This document shows positions 33,547-45,201 of a DNA stretch of 64,000 nt, one piece after another. Numbering within the stretch: position 1 is the stretch's first letter; the number at the start of each line of letters is the position of its first letter. Made by a program: the position numbers and the translations under genes. The stretch covers positions 7,548 to 71,547 of the forward strand of contig CALZHD010000002.1 of NCBI GenBank assembly GCA_945787155.1. Reading direction: 5' to 3'. Source of the stretch: an uncultured Gammaproteobacteria bacterium. Its GTDB lineage: Bacteria; Pseudomonadota; Gammaproteobacteria; SZUA-140. The notes under the pieces were generated by a model. The model ran no database searches. It saw only the letters and a list, made by a program, of their open reading frames with translations, and was not told the origin of the DNA.

Positions 33547-33666
33547 AGTGTCAATGTATCGCGTAACAGGAGTTGTCGTAAAGATGGTAATGTATGAGTA
33601 GAAAACCTGGGCTCATAGCACGCGTGCTCTGACCCCAGGTTGGTCCATCGTGCTAAAATCTCGCCC

Positions 33667-35571
33667 ATGATTAATTTTACCAATGTCGCACTGCGTCGCG
33701 GCGGTCAGCTGCTGTTTGAGAAGGTCTCGTTTACGATCCATCAGGGGCAGCGTGTCGGTGTGACCGGGGTTAACGGCTGCGGTAAGTCGAGCCTGTTCGC
33801 GATGATCCGCGATCAACTCCATAGCGATGCCGGTGAGTTGGCGTTACCGCCGGGACAGGTGATCGCACACGTAGCGCAGGAGACACCAGCACTGGATCGT
33901 TCTGCGATCGACTACGTGATCGATGGCGATGTCGAGTTGCGAACCATTGAAGCGGAGTTGGTGGAAGCCGAGTCTGTGGATGATGGCAATCGTCAGGCAC
34001 AGCTGCATGCAAGACTTGAGGCGGTGGATGGCTATACCAGCCGTAGCCGTGCAGCACGCTTGCTGCATGGGCTTGGTTTTACCACAGCACAGGAGTCTGC
34101 ATCGGTAAAAGAGTTCTCTGGTGGCTGGCGTATGCGATTGAATCTGGCGCAGGCGTTGATGTGTCGTTCCGATATTCTGCTGCTCGATGAGCCGACCAAT
34201 CATCTCGACCTCGATGCGGTGATGTGGCTACAGGCATGGCTGACCCAGTACCAGGGGACACTGTTACTGATCTCGCATGATCGTGATTTCCTCGATGACG
34301 TCACCACCCACATCGCGCACGTCGAGCAAGGCGGCATCGAGTTATACACCGGTAACTACAGTGCCTTTGAAAAACGCCGTGCCGAGCGCTTGGAGCAGCA
34401 GCAGTCGGCCTATCTCAAGCAGCAGGAGGAGATTGCCCATATCCATAGCTTCGTCACGCGTTTTAAGGCAAAGGCGAGCAAGGCGAAGCAGGCGCAGAGT
34501 CGCTTGAAGACATTGGAGCGGATGGAGATGATCAGCGCGGCGCATATCGACTCGCCATTTCATTTCACCTTTCTTGCACCGGAAAAACTGCCGCACATGC
34601 TGTTGCAGTTGCGTGATGTTGAGATCGGTTATGGTGATAAAACGATTCTTTCAAATGTAAAGCTTGAGCTTGCCAGTGGTGATCGTGTAGGTCTGCTCGG
34701 TGCCAATGGCGCGGGCAAGTCGACGCTGATTAAGGTACTGGCCGGTATGCTTGCACCGGTCTGTGGTGATTTTACCAGCGCGCAGGACCTGCACATCGGC
34801 TATTTTGCGCAGCATCAGCTGGAGCAGTTGCATCTCGATGAGAGCCCACTGCAACATCTTTTGCGACTCGACTCGAATGCACGTGATCAGGAGCTGCGTG
34901 ACTTCCTTGGTGGTTTTGCCTTCCACGGTGATAAGGTCACCGATCCGGTTGCACCGTTTTCGGGTGGCGAGAAGGCGCGACTGGTGTTGGCGATGCTGGT
35001 CTATCAACGCCCCAATCTATTGCTGCTTGATGAGCCGACGAATCACCTCGATCTGGAGATGCGTCATGCACTCAGTGTCGCCTTGCAAGGATTCGAAGGG
35101 GCACTGGTGATGATCTCGCATGATCGCCATATGTTACGTAGCGTCACCGATCGCTGGTTGTGGGTCGATGATGGACGTGTCGCTCCGTTTGATGGTGATC
35201 TTGAGAGTTATCGACAGCAGATGATCGCCAGGCGTGAGGTAGATGAGGCAGTCGATGTGAGTTCAACCGCTGAGGCCGGGCAAAATAGCCAGGTTGCACG
35301 CAAAGCGCGTCGTCAGCAGGATGCAGAGCAGCGCCGTGCATTGAAGCCGTTGCAAAACCGGCTGAAGAAACTGGAGCAACAGATGGAGCGCCTCAACACC
35401 CAAAAAGAGGACATCGAGGCAGTGCTCACCGATGGCGAGATTTATGAGGATGCCGAGAAGGGGCGCTTGAAAGAACTGCTGGCAAAGCAGGTGAGCATTA
35501 GCGTTGAACTGGATGAGGTAGAGGGGGAGTGGATGGAGGTCTCTGAGTCGTTGGAAGCGCTAGCGGGTTAA
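33667..35571 (+). CDS. yheS: ABC-F family ATPase, YheS-like
   Basis: Two ABC cassettes, a linker, and a C-terminal coiled-coil. Many colinear identities with enterobacterial YheS (FSGGWRMRLNLAQAL, LLLISHDRDFLD, TGNYSAFE). Confidence 0.88.
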   Translation: MINFTNVALRRGGQLLFEKVSFTIHQGQRVGVTGVNGCGKSSLFAMIRDQLHSDAGELALPPGQVIAHVAQETPALDRSAIDYVIDGDVELRTIEAELVEAESVDDGNRQAQLHARLEAVDGYTSRSRAARLLHGLGFTTAQESASVKEFSGGWRMRLNLAQALMCRSDILLLDEPTNHLDLDAVMWLQAWLTQYQGTLLLISHDRDFLDDVTTHIAHVEQGGIELYTGNYSAFEKRRAERLEQQQSAYLKQQEEIAHIHSFVTRFKAKASKAKQAQSRLKTLERMEMISAAHIDSPFHFTFLAPEKLPHMLLQLRDVEIGYGDKTILSNVKLELASGDRVGLLGANGAGKSTLIKVLAGMLAPVCGDFTSAQDLHIGYFAQHQLEQLHLDESPLQHLLRLDSNARDQELRDFLGGFAFHGDKVTDPVAPFSGGEKARLVLAMLVYQRPNLLLLDEPTNHLDLEMRHALSVALQGFEGALVMISHDRHMLRSVTDRWLWVDDGRVAPFDGDLESYRQQMIARREVDEAVDVSSTAEAGQNSQVARKARRQQDAEQRRALKPLQNRLKKLEQQMERLNTQKEDIEAVLTDGEIYEDAEKGRLKELLAKQVSISVELDEVEGEWMEVSESLEALAG

Positions 35572-35715
35572 CCTACTGGGACGTCTCCGCGTGCGTTGAA
35601 AGGCCCATTTAGGCGTGATTATTTGCTAGAATGTGGCAAATTTTGATTATTAGGGAAGTCCCTTTCTCTCGTTATTCCGGACGGAGCATCGCGGAGATCC
35701 GGAATCCAGGGGGTT

Positions 35716-35775
35716 GAATGACTGGATCCCGGCATCCGCCGGAATGGCGGGGTATGAATTATCCGGGGTCTTTTT
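35716..35775 (+). terminator. terminator-like hairpin (GATCCCGG ... CCGGGGTC + T6); candidate 3' end of an sRNA or of yheS
   Basis: 8-bp GC-rich outer stem enclosing an internal CCGCC-GGAAT-GGCGG hairpin, followed by TTTTTT. Confidence 0.4.
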
Positions 35776-35805
35776 TAGAAACGTTTTTGGGGAACGCTGG
35801 AAATT

Positions 35806-36144
35806 ATGTCTGAGCAGGTTAATTTTGAGGCGATCGACGCATTCAAAAAGAAGTACGAGAGTATTATGGTCACCATCGGTATTTCGTTAGGTATGGTGTT
35901 AATGCTCTCCTTTTTTATGTACGCGCAATTCATCGATCGTATGCCACCGATTTTCATTCAGGTATGGGTCGTCGTTGTCGGCGCGATGATTGCTGCGCTG
36001 TTCTATATCAAACGTCTTTCGTTTAAGTGGTTGGCGATGCGTCATGGTAAGCGAGCAGAGTTTAAACCGTTGCTTGCTAAGCTTACGGTTGCTGATCTGG
36101 AAAAGGATGCGCAGGTCTTGCTGGATGAGAAGTTTCCGTCGTAG
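35806..36144 (+). CDS. small hypothetical membrane protein (2 TM)
   Basis: 112 aa. Two hydrophobic helices and a charged C-terminal region. Confidence 0.4.
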   Translation: MSEQVNFEAIDAFKKKYESIMVTIGISLGMVLMLSFFMYAQFIDRMPPIFIQVWVVVVGAMIAALFYIKRLSFKWLAMRHGKRAEFKPLLAKLTVADLEKDAQVLLDEKFPS

Positions 36145-36430
36145 CATAGCGCTATACAAAGTAAGATGGGGTACCGCGTGATTCTAAGGACTGCTCTGAC
36201 TGCTGTCATAGCGAGCGTGCCTGTCGGAAGTGAACCCTGAGGACTGAATTTGAGTGGGGGCTGGAAGCGAGAGATTGCTTCGTCGTCCCTCCTCGCAATG
36301 ACACCTGCTTGTCATCGCGAGCGCAGCGTGACGGACTGGAAGTTCAAATTCTTTAGGGCGGCGATCTCACTGTTTGGATTAGCCTTTTACTTCGTCGCAA
36401 CGCTTCTTGTACTACAGGGGTGTTTCCTTC

Positions 36431-37141
36431 TTAGACTGTCAGTGCCCAACGTGGCACTAATCTCATCCCTTTGTTAAGCACTTGCTCATGTCGCTGGTAG
36501 TCAGGTATGTAACTCTCAACTAAGCGCCAGTAACGCGCTGAATGATTCATCTCTCTTGTGTGGCACAACTCATGCGCAAAGAGATAGCGTACCGTATCGG
36601 CGGGCATAAATAGTAGTGCGCGATTGATACTGATCGTGCCACTTGATGAGCAGCTTCCCCAGCGTGTCTTCTGTGCCCGGATCACGGCGCGCTCGAATGT
36701 CAGGCCAAGCTCATCACTGACATCGTGCAACCACGGAATCAGCACTTCGTGTGCACGCCGGCTCAACCAGTTTTGCAGTGCCTTTCTCGCTGCATCGTCA
36801 TCCTGGCTGTAGACCTTCAGTGAGCCCTGTATTTCGGCAATGCGGGCACGTTTACCTTCCAGGTATTCCAGCTGCCACTGCTGCTCTGTGGCTTCAAATT
36901 TGAGTGTGCCGGGGAGTAGCTCTTCGGGTGGATAGAGTGCCGCCATCTGTTGTTGTGTCTGTTCAATCCATGTCTGATGTTCTGCGACGAACGGTGCGAC
37001 GTGTTTCTGGCTGATACGTTTGGGGAGAACCACCTCGACCTCGCCGAGTGGCGAGACCTTTAGTTGCATCCGTTTGGCGCGATGGCTGACGCGGATTTGA
37101 TAAAAAGGCAGGCCGCCCAATGTTTCTTCAATATCGCTCAT
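36431..37141 (-). CDS. YgjP-like metal-dependent hydrolase (DUF45/WLM, HExxH)
   Basis: 236 aa with the C-terminal zinc motif HELCHTREMNHSARYW. Confidence 0.7.
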   Translation of the reverse strand: MSDIEETLGGLPFYQIRVSHRAKRMQLKVSPLGEVEVVLPKRISQKHVAPFVAEHQTWIEQTQQQMAALYPPEELLPGTLKFEATEQQWQLEYLEGKRARIAEIQGSLKVYSQDDDAARKALQNWLSRRAHEVLIPWLHDVSDELGLTFERAVIRAQKTRWGSCSSSGTISINRALLFMPADTVRYLFAHELCHTREMNHSARYWRLVESYIPDYQRHEQVLNKGMRLVPRWALTV

Positions 37142-37210
37142 AGAGTGCTATTGTCAACGAGACGAGGGAAGTGTCAATGACTAATGTGAGATTAGTTATT
37201 TCGTTATCTC

Positions 37211-37390
37211 GTTCCCACGCTCCTGCGTGGGAATGCATATAGATAAAATAGGCACACAGCACGGTTGTATCTGGATCTGCATCACAGGAAACTCTTTTGA
37301 GGTGTGCTTGCGCTGGTGTTGTGGTGAGGGGGCGAGTGGTGGGTGATTTACTGCGCGCTGTATGGGTTCCCACGCGGGAGCGTGGGAACC
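37211..37390. repeat. REP-like palindromic element, second locus (GTTCCCACGC-TCCT-GCGTGGGAAT+GCATATAG ... GGTTCCCACGC-GGGA-GCGTGGGAACC)
   Basis: Same two-module architecture and near-identical arms as 2339-2420. Lies between convergent ygjP-like and ybiT-like genes. Confidence 0.6.
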
Positions 37391-37414
37391 AGATTTATGG
37401 CTGATGGGGTGAGG

Positions 37415-39031
37415 TTAACTTGCAGCCTGCTGCTTGGCTTCTTCAATCCCCTGGCTACGCAGGTATTCATCGTAGGTGCCATGGTAATCGACGAGACCGT
37501 CCGGCGTCAGTTCGATGATGCGTGTCGCCAGGGATGAGACAAATTCACGGTCGTGGCTGACGAAGATCAATGTGCCGGGATAGTTTTCCAGCGCAAGGTT
37601 GAGTGCTTCGATCGATTCCATATCGAGATGGTTGGTCGGTTCGTCCATTAGCATGATGTTGGGCTTCTGCTGCATCAACTTGCCAAACAGCATGCGGCCC
37701 TGTTCGCCACCGGAGATCACCTTGACTGATTTGTTGATCTCGTCACGTGAGAAGAGCAGGCGGCCGAGGGTACCGCGGATCACCTGTTCATCATCGCCGG
37801 GTTGTCCCCAGCGGCTCATCCAGTCGAACAGGTTCATGTCTTGCGCGAAGTCATGGGCGTGGTCCTGCGAGAAGTAACCGAGGTTTGAATTCTCTGACCA
37901 TTTAACTTCACCGTGGCTCGGTTCAAGATCGCCAACAAGACTGCGCAGCAAGGTAGTTTTACCGATACCGTTGGGGCCGATGATGGCGATGCGCTCACCG
38001 ACTTCGACCATCATGTTGAGCTTTTCAAACAGCGGTGTACCGTCAAAACCTTTGGCCAGATCGGTGACTTCAAGCGCCAGTCGATGCAGTTTCTTTTCCT
38101 GATCAAAACGGATGAAAGGGCTGATACGACTCGATGGTTTGATCTCGTCGAGTTTAATCTTGTCGATCTGCTTGGCACGTGAGGTCGCCTGCTTGGCCTT
38201 TGATGCGTTAGCGGAGAAGCGACTGACAAAGGTCTGTAGTTCGGCAATCTGGGCCTTCTTCTTGGCATTGTCGGCAAGCTGTCTTTCACGCACTTGAGTG
38301 GCGGCAGTCATGTACTCGTCGTAGTTACCCGGATAAATGCGCAGTTCACCAAAATCGAGATCCGCCATGTGGGTGCAGACGCTGTTGAGAAAGTGACGAT
38401 CATGCGAGATGATGATCATGGTGCTGTTACGCTGGTTGAGAATATCTTCGAGCCAGCGAATGGTGTTGATGTCGAGGTTATTGGTCGGCTCATCGAGCAG
38501 CATGATGTCTGGATTGGAAAACAGTGCCTGAGCCAGCAATACACGCAGTTTCCAGCCCGGGGCGACGGCACTCATCAGACCGTTGTGTTGCTCGAGTGGA
38601 ATCTCAAGGCCGAGGAGTAGTTCACCAGCACGTGACTCCGCGGTGTAGCCATCGAGTTCGCCAAATTCTACTTCGAGTTCGGCAACTTTCATCCCTTCTT
38701 CTTCGGACATTTCAGGCAGGCTGTAGATGCGGTCACGTTCCTGCTTGACGGCCCACAGTTCTGCATGTCCCATGATGACGGTGTCGATAACCGTGTGTTC
38801 TTCGAACGCAAACTGATCCTGTCCCAGTTTACCGACGCGCTCATTGACATCAATGACGACGTTGCCTGCACTCGGTTCAAGATCGCCGCCGAGTATTTTC
38901 ATCAGGGTTGATTTGCCGCAGCCATTAGCGCCGATCAAACCGTAACGATTACCCCCGCCAAACTTGACGGAGATATCTTCAAAGAGCGGCTTGGCTCCAA
39001 ACTGCATGGTGATATTAGCGGTTGTCAGCAC
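37415..39031 (-). CDS. ybiT: ABC-F family ATPase, YbiT-like
   Basis: 538 aa. N-terminus [42 protein letters not shown] is nearly colinear with E. coli YbiT. Two ABC cassettes. Confidence 0.88.
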   Translation of the reverse strand: MLTTANITMQFGAKPLFEDISVKFGGGNRYGLIGANGCGKSTLMKILGGDLEPSAGNVVIDVNERVGKLGQDQFAFEEHTVIDTVIMGHAELWAVKQERDRIYSLPEMSEEEGMKVAELEVEFGELDGYTAESRAGELLLGLEIPLEQHNGLMSAVAPGWKLRVLLAQALFSNPDIMLLDEPTNNLDINTIRWLEDILNQRNSTMIIISHDRHFLNSVCTHMADLDFGELRIYPGNYDEYMTAATQVRERQLADNAKKKAQIAELQTFVSRFSANASKAKQATSRAKQIDKIKLDEIKPSSRISPFIRFDQEKKLHRLALEVTDLAKGFDGTPLFEKLNMMVEVGERIAIIGPNGIGKTTLLRSLVGDLEPSHGEVKWSENSNLGYFSQDHAHDFAQDMNLFDWMSRWGQPGDDEQVIRGTLGRLLFSRDEINKSVKVISGGEQGRMLFGKLMQQKPNIMLMDEPTNHLDMESIEALNLALENYPGTLIFVSHDREFVSSLATRIIELTPDGLVDYHGTYDEYLRSQGIEEAKQQAAS

Positions 39032-39084
39032 GAGCGTAGTTCCTGATGTTGATTGATGTTGAATGCTAAGTAGGCGTTCATGAT

Positions 39085-40596
<1,512 letters not shown>

Positions 40597-40960
40597 CTAT
40601 TAATATGCTCCTAAAGCGCGCCTCCCAAAGTATTTTACCTGGTGCGGTCTGAGGCGAGGGTGATCTGATTATTCAGTTCGATGTGCGCTGTGATCCAACT
40701 CGGTGAGTGGCCGCAGAGCTTTTATCTGTTTACCACTGGATTACAGTAGAGAGCGTATGACCACAGAGCGCCCAGATAAGTAGCAGGATTATACAGGGTA
40801 GGGCGGGGTAACTGCAAATGCAGCGAATAATCTCGAAGTGGTTACCTTAGTTGGGAGGACGATATATAGGCACGTTTTGTTCAATGACTTGATGCTCGAG
40901 GCATCGGTGATGCAGGTTTTTATTGTGTATATGTGTTTTTGAAGGGGGAGGATAAAAAAT

Positions 40961-41100
40961 ACGCATGGGCTACTTTAAAAGGAGGGGGGGTAGGCCCATG
41001 CGTAGAAAAGGTGTTTGGTACATAATGGGGGGATAGAGAAGTACCAAGCACTGAAGAGATTATGCAATTTTTTTTATATAAATGATAATAAAAATATTTT
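40961..41100. repeat. structured repeat unit A (14-bp-stem hairpin with SD-like loop; second G-run hairpin; TATAAATGATAATAAAAA box)
   Basis: ACGCATGGGCTAC-[TTTAAAAGGAGGGGGG]-GTAGGCCCATGCGT at 40961-41003. GGTAC-[...GGGGGG...]-GTACC at 41017-41045. Box at 41076-41100. Confidence 0.6.
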
Positions 41101-41237
41101 ATGTTTATCATAGACTATTGTTGATTTAAAATTGGAGTCAGTTCGAATGAGGGTAGTCCTTGGTGTTATTAATTAAAGTGACGTAATCTGTTATCATTAC
41201 GTTGAGTTATCTATATGAAAAATTTGATAAAAAAGAT

Positions 41238-41380
41238 GCACGCATGGGCTGCAAAAGGGAGGGGGAGCAGGCCCATGCGTGCTAGGGAGATGGCTTAATC
41301 CCTTTATGAGGGGGGGAGGGGATTAAACCAACCAATGCAGTATGGTATGTTTTTACTATAAATGATAATAAAAAATAATT
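41238..41380. repeat. structured repeat unit B (tandem copy of unit A, ~280 bp downstream)
   Basis: GCACGCATGGGCTGC-[AAAAGGGAGGGGGA]-GCAGGCCCATGCGTGC at 41238-41282. GGCTTAATCCC-[...GGGGGGG...]-GGGGATTAAACC at 41292-41329. Box TACTATAAATGATAATAAAAAA at 41355-41380. Confidence 0.6.
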
Positions 41381-41421
41381 ATACTATCCATCGATTAAAT
41401 GCAATATCACACTGGTGAGTT

Positions 41422-42360
41422 ATGATTAGAATACGAAATGCAACCTTCCGTCAGCTGCAAGTCTTTGAAGCAATTGCAAGAAATGGTTCATTTACGGCTG
41501 CGGCAGAAGAACTTCATCTGACTCAGCCAACACTCTCGATGCAGGTTAAAAAGCTGACAGGTATCGTGGGAATGCCACTTTATAACCAGATTGGTAAGAA
41601 AATCTATCTGACCGAGGTGGGTGAAGAGCTGCTCAAGACTTGTAAATCTGTATTTGACAGCCTGGCTGATTTTCAGATGACGGTTTCTGATATCCAGGGA
41701 ATCAAGCAGGGAAATTTGCGTCTTGCGGGGGTGACGACAGCAGAATATTTTGCGCCGAGGATTTTGGGCTCCTTTTGTAAAAAATATCCAGGTATCAATG
41801 TAGCACTTGAGGTGATCAACCGGGAGCGCGTGCTTGAGCGCCTTGAGCAGAATCTTGATGATATCTATATCGTTGGTCAGGCGCCGACAGGAGCTGATAT
41901 CCACCGTATTCCATTTTTGGCGAATCCATTGGTGGTGCTTGCCCCCCCGTCTCACCCGTTGGCCAATGAACGAGATATTCCGGTGAAGGCGCTGGAGGCA
42001 GAGAACTTCATTATGCGTGAACCCGGTTGTGGTACTTATGGCTCGATCGGTCAATTGCTTAAGAACCGTGATTTTTGCTTTAAGGGCAGTATGGAGCTTG
42101 GCAGCAATGAGGCCGTGAAGCAGGCGGTTATCGGTGGTCTCGGTATCTCAATGTTATCGATCTATGCATTGACGCATGAGCTTCAGGCGGGTGAGTTGGT
42201 GGTGCTGGATGTGCAGGCTTTCCCGATTGAAGATCAATGGTATCTCTGTTATCCCAAAGGTAAACAGCTCTCAGTGGTGGCTCAGGTCTTTTTGGAATAT
42301 ATGTTGAATGAAGGACGGGAGTTGACGTTGCAATCGTTGCCAGTACTCGATCGTACTTAG
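41422..42360 (+). CDS. LysR-family transcriptional regulator
   Basis: 312 aa. N-terminal wHTH (FRQLQVFEAIARNGSFTAAAEELHLTQPTLSMQVKKL) and a C-terminal substrate-binding domain. Confidence 0.88.
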   Translation: MIRIRNATFRQLQVFEAIARNGSFTAAAEELHLTQPTLSMQVKKLTGIVGMPLYNQIGKKIYLTEVGEELLKTCKSVFDSLADFQMTVSDIQGIKQGNLRLAGVTTAEYFAPRILGSFCKKYPGINVALEVINRERVLERLEQNLDDIYIVGQAPTGADIHRIPFLANPLVVLAPPSHPLANERDIPVKALEAENFIMREPGCGTYGSIGQLLKNRDFCFKGSMELGSNEAVKQAVIGGLGISMLSIYALTHELQAGELVVLDVQAFPIEDQWYLCYPKGKQLSVVAQVFLEYMLNEGRELTLQSLPVLDRT

Positions 42361-42423
42361 CAGTGCTTCATCACTTTATTCCTGAGGATTTTCGGTGGAT
42401 TCTAGTTATCTCGGGCTGAGAGA

Positions 42424-44040
42424 TTAGATGCCGAGTTCGGAAAAAAAGTCCTTGCCTTTGTCGTCAATCACAATGAAAGCGGGGAAGTTTTCGACTTCAA
42501 TACGGTACACCGCCTCCATGCCGAGTTCAGAATAGTCGATGACCTCGACCTTGCGGATGCACTCTTTCGCAAGCCGTGCTGCAGCACCGCCGATCGAGCC
42601 GAGGTAGAAGCCACCCTGTTTTTTGCAGGATTGAGTGACCGCGCGGCTGCGGTTGCCTTTGGCAAGCATTACCAGTGATGCGCCATGTTGCTGGAAGGTT
42701 TCTACGTAGCTGTCCATACGGCCAGCGGTGGTGGGGCCAAAGGAACCTGAAGCGTAACCGCTAGGTGTCTTGGCCGGCCCTGCGTAGTAAATAATATGGT
42801 CCTTGAAATAATCGGGGATCGCCTCGCCTCTATCAAGCCGTTCTTTTATTTTTGCATGGGCGATATCGCGCGCAACGATGATCGGGCCGCTGAGCGCCAG
42901 TCGCGTCCTGATCGGATATTGAGATAATGTTGCGCGGATCTGTGTCATCGGCTGGTTGAGGTCGATGTGGACGACCTCATCTGACAGCGATTCTGTCTTG
43001 ATATCTGGCAGGAAGCGGGCTGGGTCACGTTCGAGTTGTTCCAGCCACACACCGTCACGGTCGATGCGGCCGAGAATATTGCGATCAGCCGAACACGACA
43101 CGCCGATACCAACCGGGCATGAGGCGCCGTGGCGTGGCAGGCGTATGACACGCACATCGTGGGCAAAATATTTGCCGCCAAACTGCGCGCCAATGCCGAG
43201 TTTTTGCGTCAGTTGAAGTATCTGAGCCTCCAGTTGAGTGTCGCGAAATGCCTGGCCAAACTCATTCCCCTGGTTGGGCAGGGTGTCGAGGTAATGGGCT
43301 GAGGCGAGCTTGACCATCTTCAGATTGGCTTCCGCTGAGGTGCCACCGACAACGATTGCGAGGTGATAGGGTGGGCAGGCAGAGGTGCCCAGCATCTTCA
43401 ATTTTTCACTGAGGAAGGTTGTGAGGTTTTCCGGATTTAGGAGCGCTCTGGTTTCCTGAAACAGGAAGGTCTTATTGGCAGAGCCCCCCCCCTTGGTGAT
43501 AAACAAAAATTTGTAGTTACCCCCTTCAACCGCATCGATATCGATCTGCGCGGGAAGGTTAGTGCCGGTGTTTTGCTCGTCGAAGAATGTTAGCGGGGCC
43601 ATCTGCGAAAAACGCAGGTTGTTGTCACGATAGGCGCGATAGACGCCGCGTGAGATCGCTTCGCGGTCGTTGTATCCCGTCCATACTTGCTGCCCTTTTT
43701 TTCCCATGATGATGGCAGTGCCGGTGTCCTGACAGCCAGGCAGTACCATACCGGCGGCAATGTTGGCGTTGCGAAGTAGTTCCATGGCAACGAATTTGTC
43801 ATTTTCTGATGCGCTGATATCATCCAGGATGGCACGTAATTGTCGTAAGTGACTACTGCGATAGAGGTGCGATATATCATGAATCGCACTAGCGGTAAGC
43901 AGGGTAAGTGCTTCTTCATCTATCTTGAGTATCGGCTGATCTTCAAAGACTCCAGTCGAGACGTAATTACTGGAGAGCAGGCGATACTCCGTGCTGTCTT
44001 TGCCCAGTGGGAGTGGCTCAGTATAGTGAAACTCATTCAT
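42424..44040 (-). CDS. fumA: fumarate hydratase class I (Fe-S hydro-lyase)
   Basis: 538 aa. N-terminal catalytic and C-terminal beta-subunit-like domains fused, as in FumA/FumB. Conserved Cys residues. Confidence 0.88.
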   Translation of the reverse strand: MNEFHYTEPLPLGKDSTEYRLLSSNYVSTGVFEDQPILKIDEEALTLLTASAIHDISHLYRSSHLRQLRAILDDISASENDKFVAMELLRNANIAAGMVLPGCQDTGTAIIMGKKGQQVWTGYNDREAISRGVYRAYRDNNLRFSQMAPLTFFDEQNTGTNLPAQIDIDAVEGGNYKFLFITKGGGSANKTFLFQETRALLNPENLTTFLSEKLKMLGTSACPPYHLAIVVGGTSAEANLKMVKLASAHYLDTLPNQGNEFGQAFRDTQLEAQILQLTQKLGIGAQFGGKYFAHDVRVIRLPRHGASCPVGIGVSCSADRNILGRIDRDGVWLEQLERDPARFLPDIKTESLSDEVVHIDLNQPMTQIRATLSQYPIRTRLALSGPIIVARDIAHAKIKERLDRGEAIPDYFKDHIIYYAGPAKTPSGYASGSFGPTTAGRMDSYVETFQQHGASLVMLAKGNRSRAVTQSCKKQGGFYLGSIGGAAARLAKECIRKVEVIDYSELGMEAVYRIEVENFPAFIVIDDKGKDFFSELGI

Positions 44041-44085
44041 AATTCATCATAGCTTAGCGGATCCAATGGGGCAAAGGTTGAGTCG

Positions 44086-45165
44086 TTAGTTATCCGTATC
44101 ATCATGGCGTGCCATTTCGCAGAGTCTACTGGCGGTGCGTTTAAAACTGTTGGTGTGGTGCCGGCCGCAGTAGAGCCTTTGTGGTAATGCAGCAGCGGTA
44201 ACGATCAATTCTACCTTGCGATCATAGATGGCGTCGATCAGATGAATGAAGCGTATTGCGGCATTATCTAAACCTTCATTCATGAGTGGGATGTGAGTAA
44301 TCATCAGTCGCTGGTAGCGCTCTGCGATTTCAAGGTAGTCGCCAGTAGAGCGGGCCGTTTGGCACAAAGTGTCGAAATCAAACCAGACAAGATCCTCGTG
44401 TTCAGCCACCAGCGGGATCTCTCGTCCCTTGATATGTAGTACGCTCGATTTTTTTTCGAAGGGCTTCCCAGTCAGCTGTTGAAACTGCTGAGCCATCAGC
44501 TCAGGGGCCTCGTCTGCGGTACAGAGCTGGTAGTGCCTGGGTGAATTGCCACTGTCTGCTTGCAGTCGAAAATCATCCCCCAGGTGCATTTTGATGAGTT
44601 GGGTATGTGCTTTGATTAAGGCAATCGCAGGAAGAAAGCGATCGCGTTGGAGTCCGTTGCGATAGAGGTTGTCCGGGGTGCTATTAGAGGTGGTGACCAG
44701 CACAACGTCGTTGGCAAAGAGTGCTTCCAGCAGTCCTGTAAGCAGCATCGCATCGCCAATATCGGCGACATAGAATTCATCCAGACAGAGTACGCGAGTC
44801 TTCTCTGCGACTCGCTTTGCGATGAGCGTGAGCGGTTCGCTTTGATTGTTGATCGCGGCAAGTTCTGCATGGATATTTTGCATGAAGTGATGAAAGTGGA
44901 GACGCTGTTTTTGCTGGATTGGGAGATGATGGTAGAAGAGATCCATCAGATAGGTTTTACCGCGTCCGGGGCCACCCCAGAGATAGAGTCCTCGGGGTGG
45001 TGGCGCTGGCTGTTGCAGCAGTTTGTTCAGAATGCCGGATTCTGCAGGTGGCGTGAGCAGTTCATTGTAGAGACGTTGGAAGTGCTCAATGGCACCTGCC
45101 TGCTCAGGGTCATGATGATAGCCCTGCTCTGAAATTGTTGTTTGATAGTGCTGTTTGATGCTCAC
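44086..45165 (-). CDS. zapE: cell division protein ZapE (AFG1-like ATPase)
   Basis: Walker A YLWGGPGRGKTYLMDLF, Walker B VLCLDEF. 359 aa. Confidence 0.85.
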   Translation of the reverse strand: MSIKQHYQTTISEQGYHHDPEQAGAIEHFQRLYNELLTPPAESGILNKLLQQPAPPPRGLYLWGGPGRGKTYLMDLFYHHLPIQQKQRLHFHHFMQNIHAELAAINNQSEPLTLIAKRVAEKTRVLCLDEFYVADIGDAMLLTGLLEALFANDVVLVTTSNSTPDNLYRNGLQRDRFLPAIALIKAHTQLIKMHLGDDFRLQADSGNSPRHYQLCTADEAPELMAQQFQQLTGKPFEKKSSVLHIKGREIPLVAEHEDLVWFDFDTLCQTARSTGDYLEIAERYQRLMITHIPLMNEGLDNAAIRFIHLIDAIYDRKVELIVTAAALPQRLYCGRHHTNSFKRTASRLCEMARHDDTDN

Positions 45166-45201
45166 TGTGTAAAGCAGATGTTATGTCCTGTCGGCAATAG
45201 C

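Noticed and set aside
36250-36477. 75-aa ORF on the plus strand
   Set aside because: Lies within a repeat-rich intergenic segment, has no RBS, and overlaps the 3' end of the convergent ygjP-like gene.
41076-41100. GATAATAAAAATATTTTAT in the repeat box as a Fur box
   Set aside because: Only about 12/19 matches to GATAATGATAATCATTATC in an AT-rich background. Kept only as part of the repeat-unit description.
40920-41111. 63-aa ORF on the minus strand inside the tandem repeat region
   Set aside because: Low-complexity, AT-rich, no RBS, and it overlaps structured repeats. Likely spurious.
41130-41165. GTTCGAAT motif (tRNA T-loop-like) at about 41146
   Set aside because: Flanking sequence cannot form acceptor, D or anticodon arms. 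It sits inside the AT-rich repeat region. Not a tRNA.
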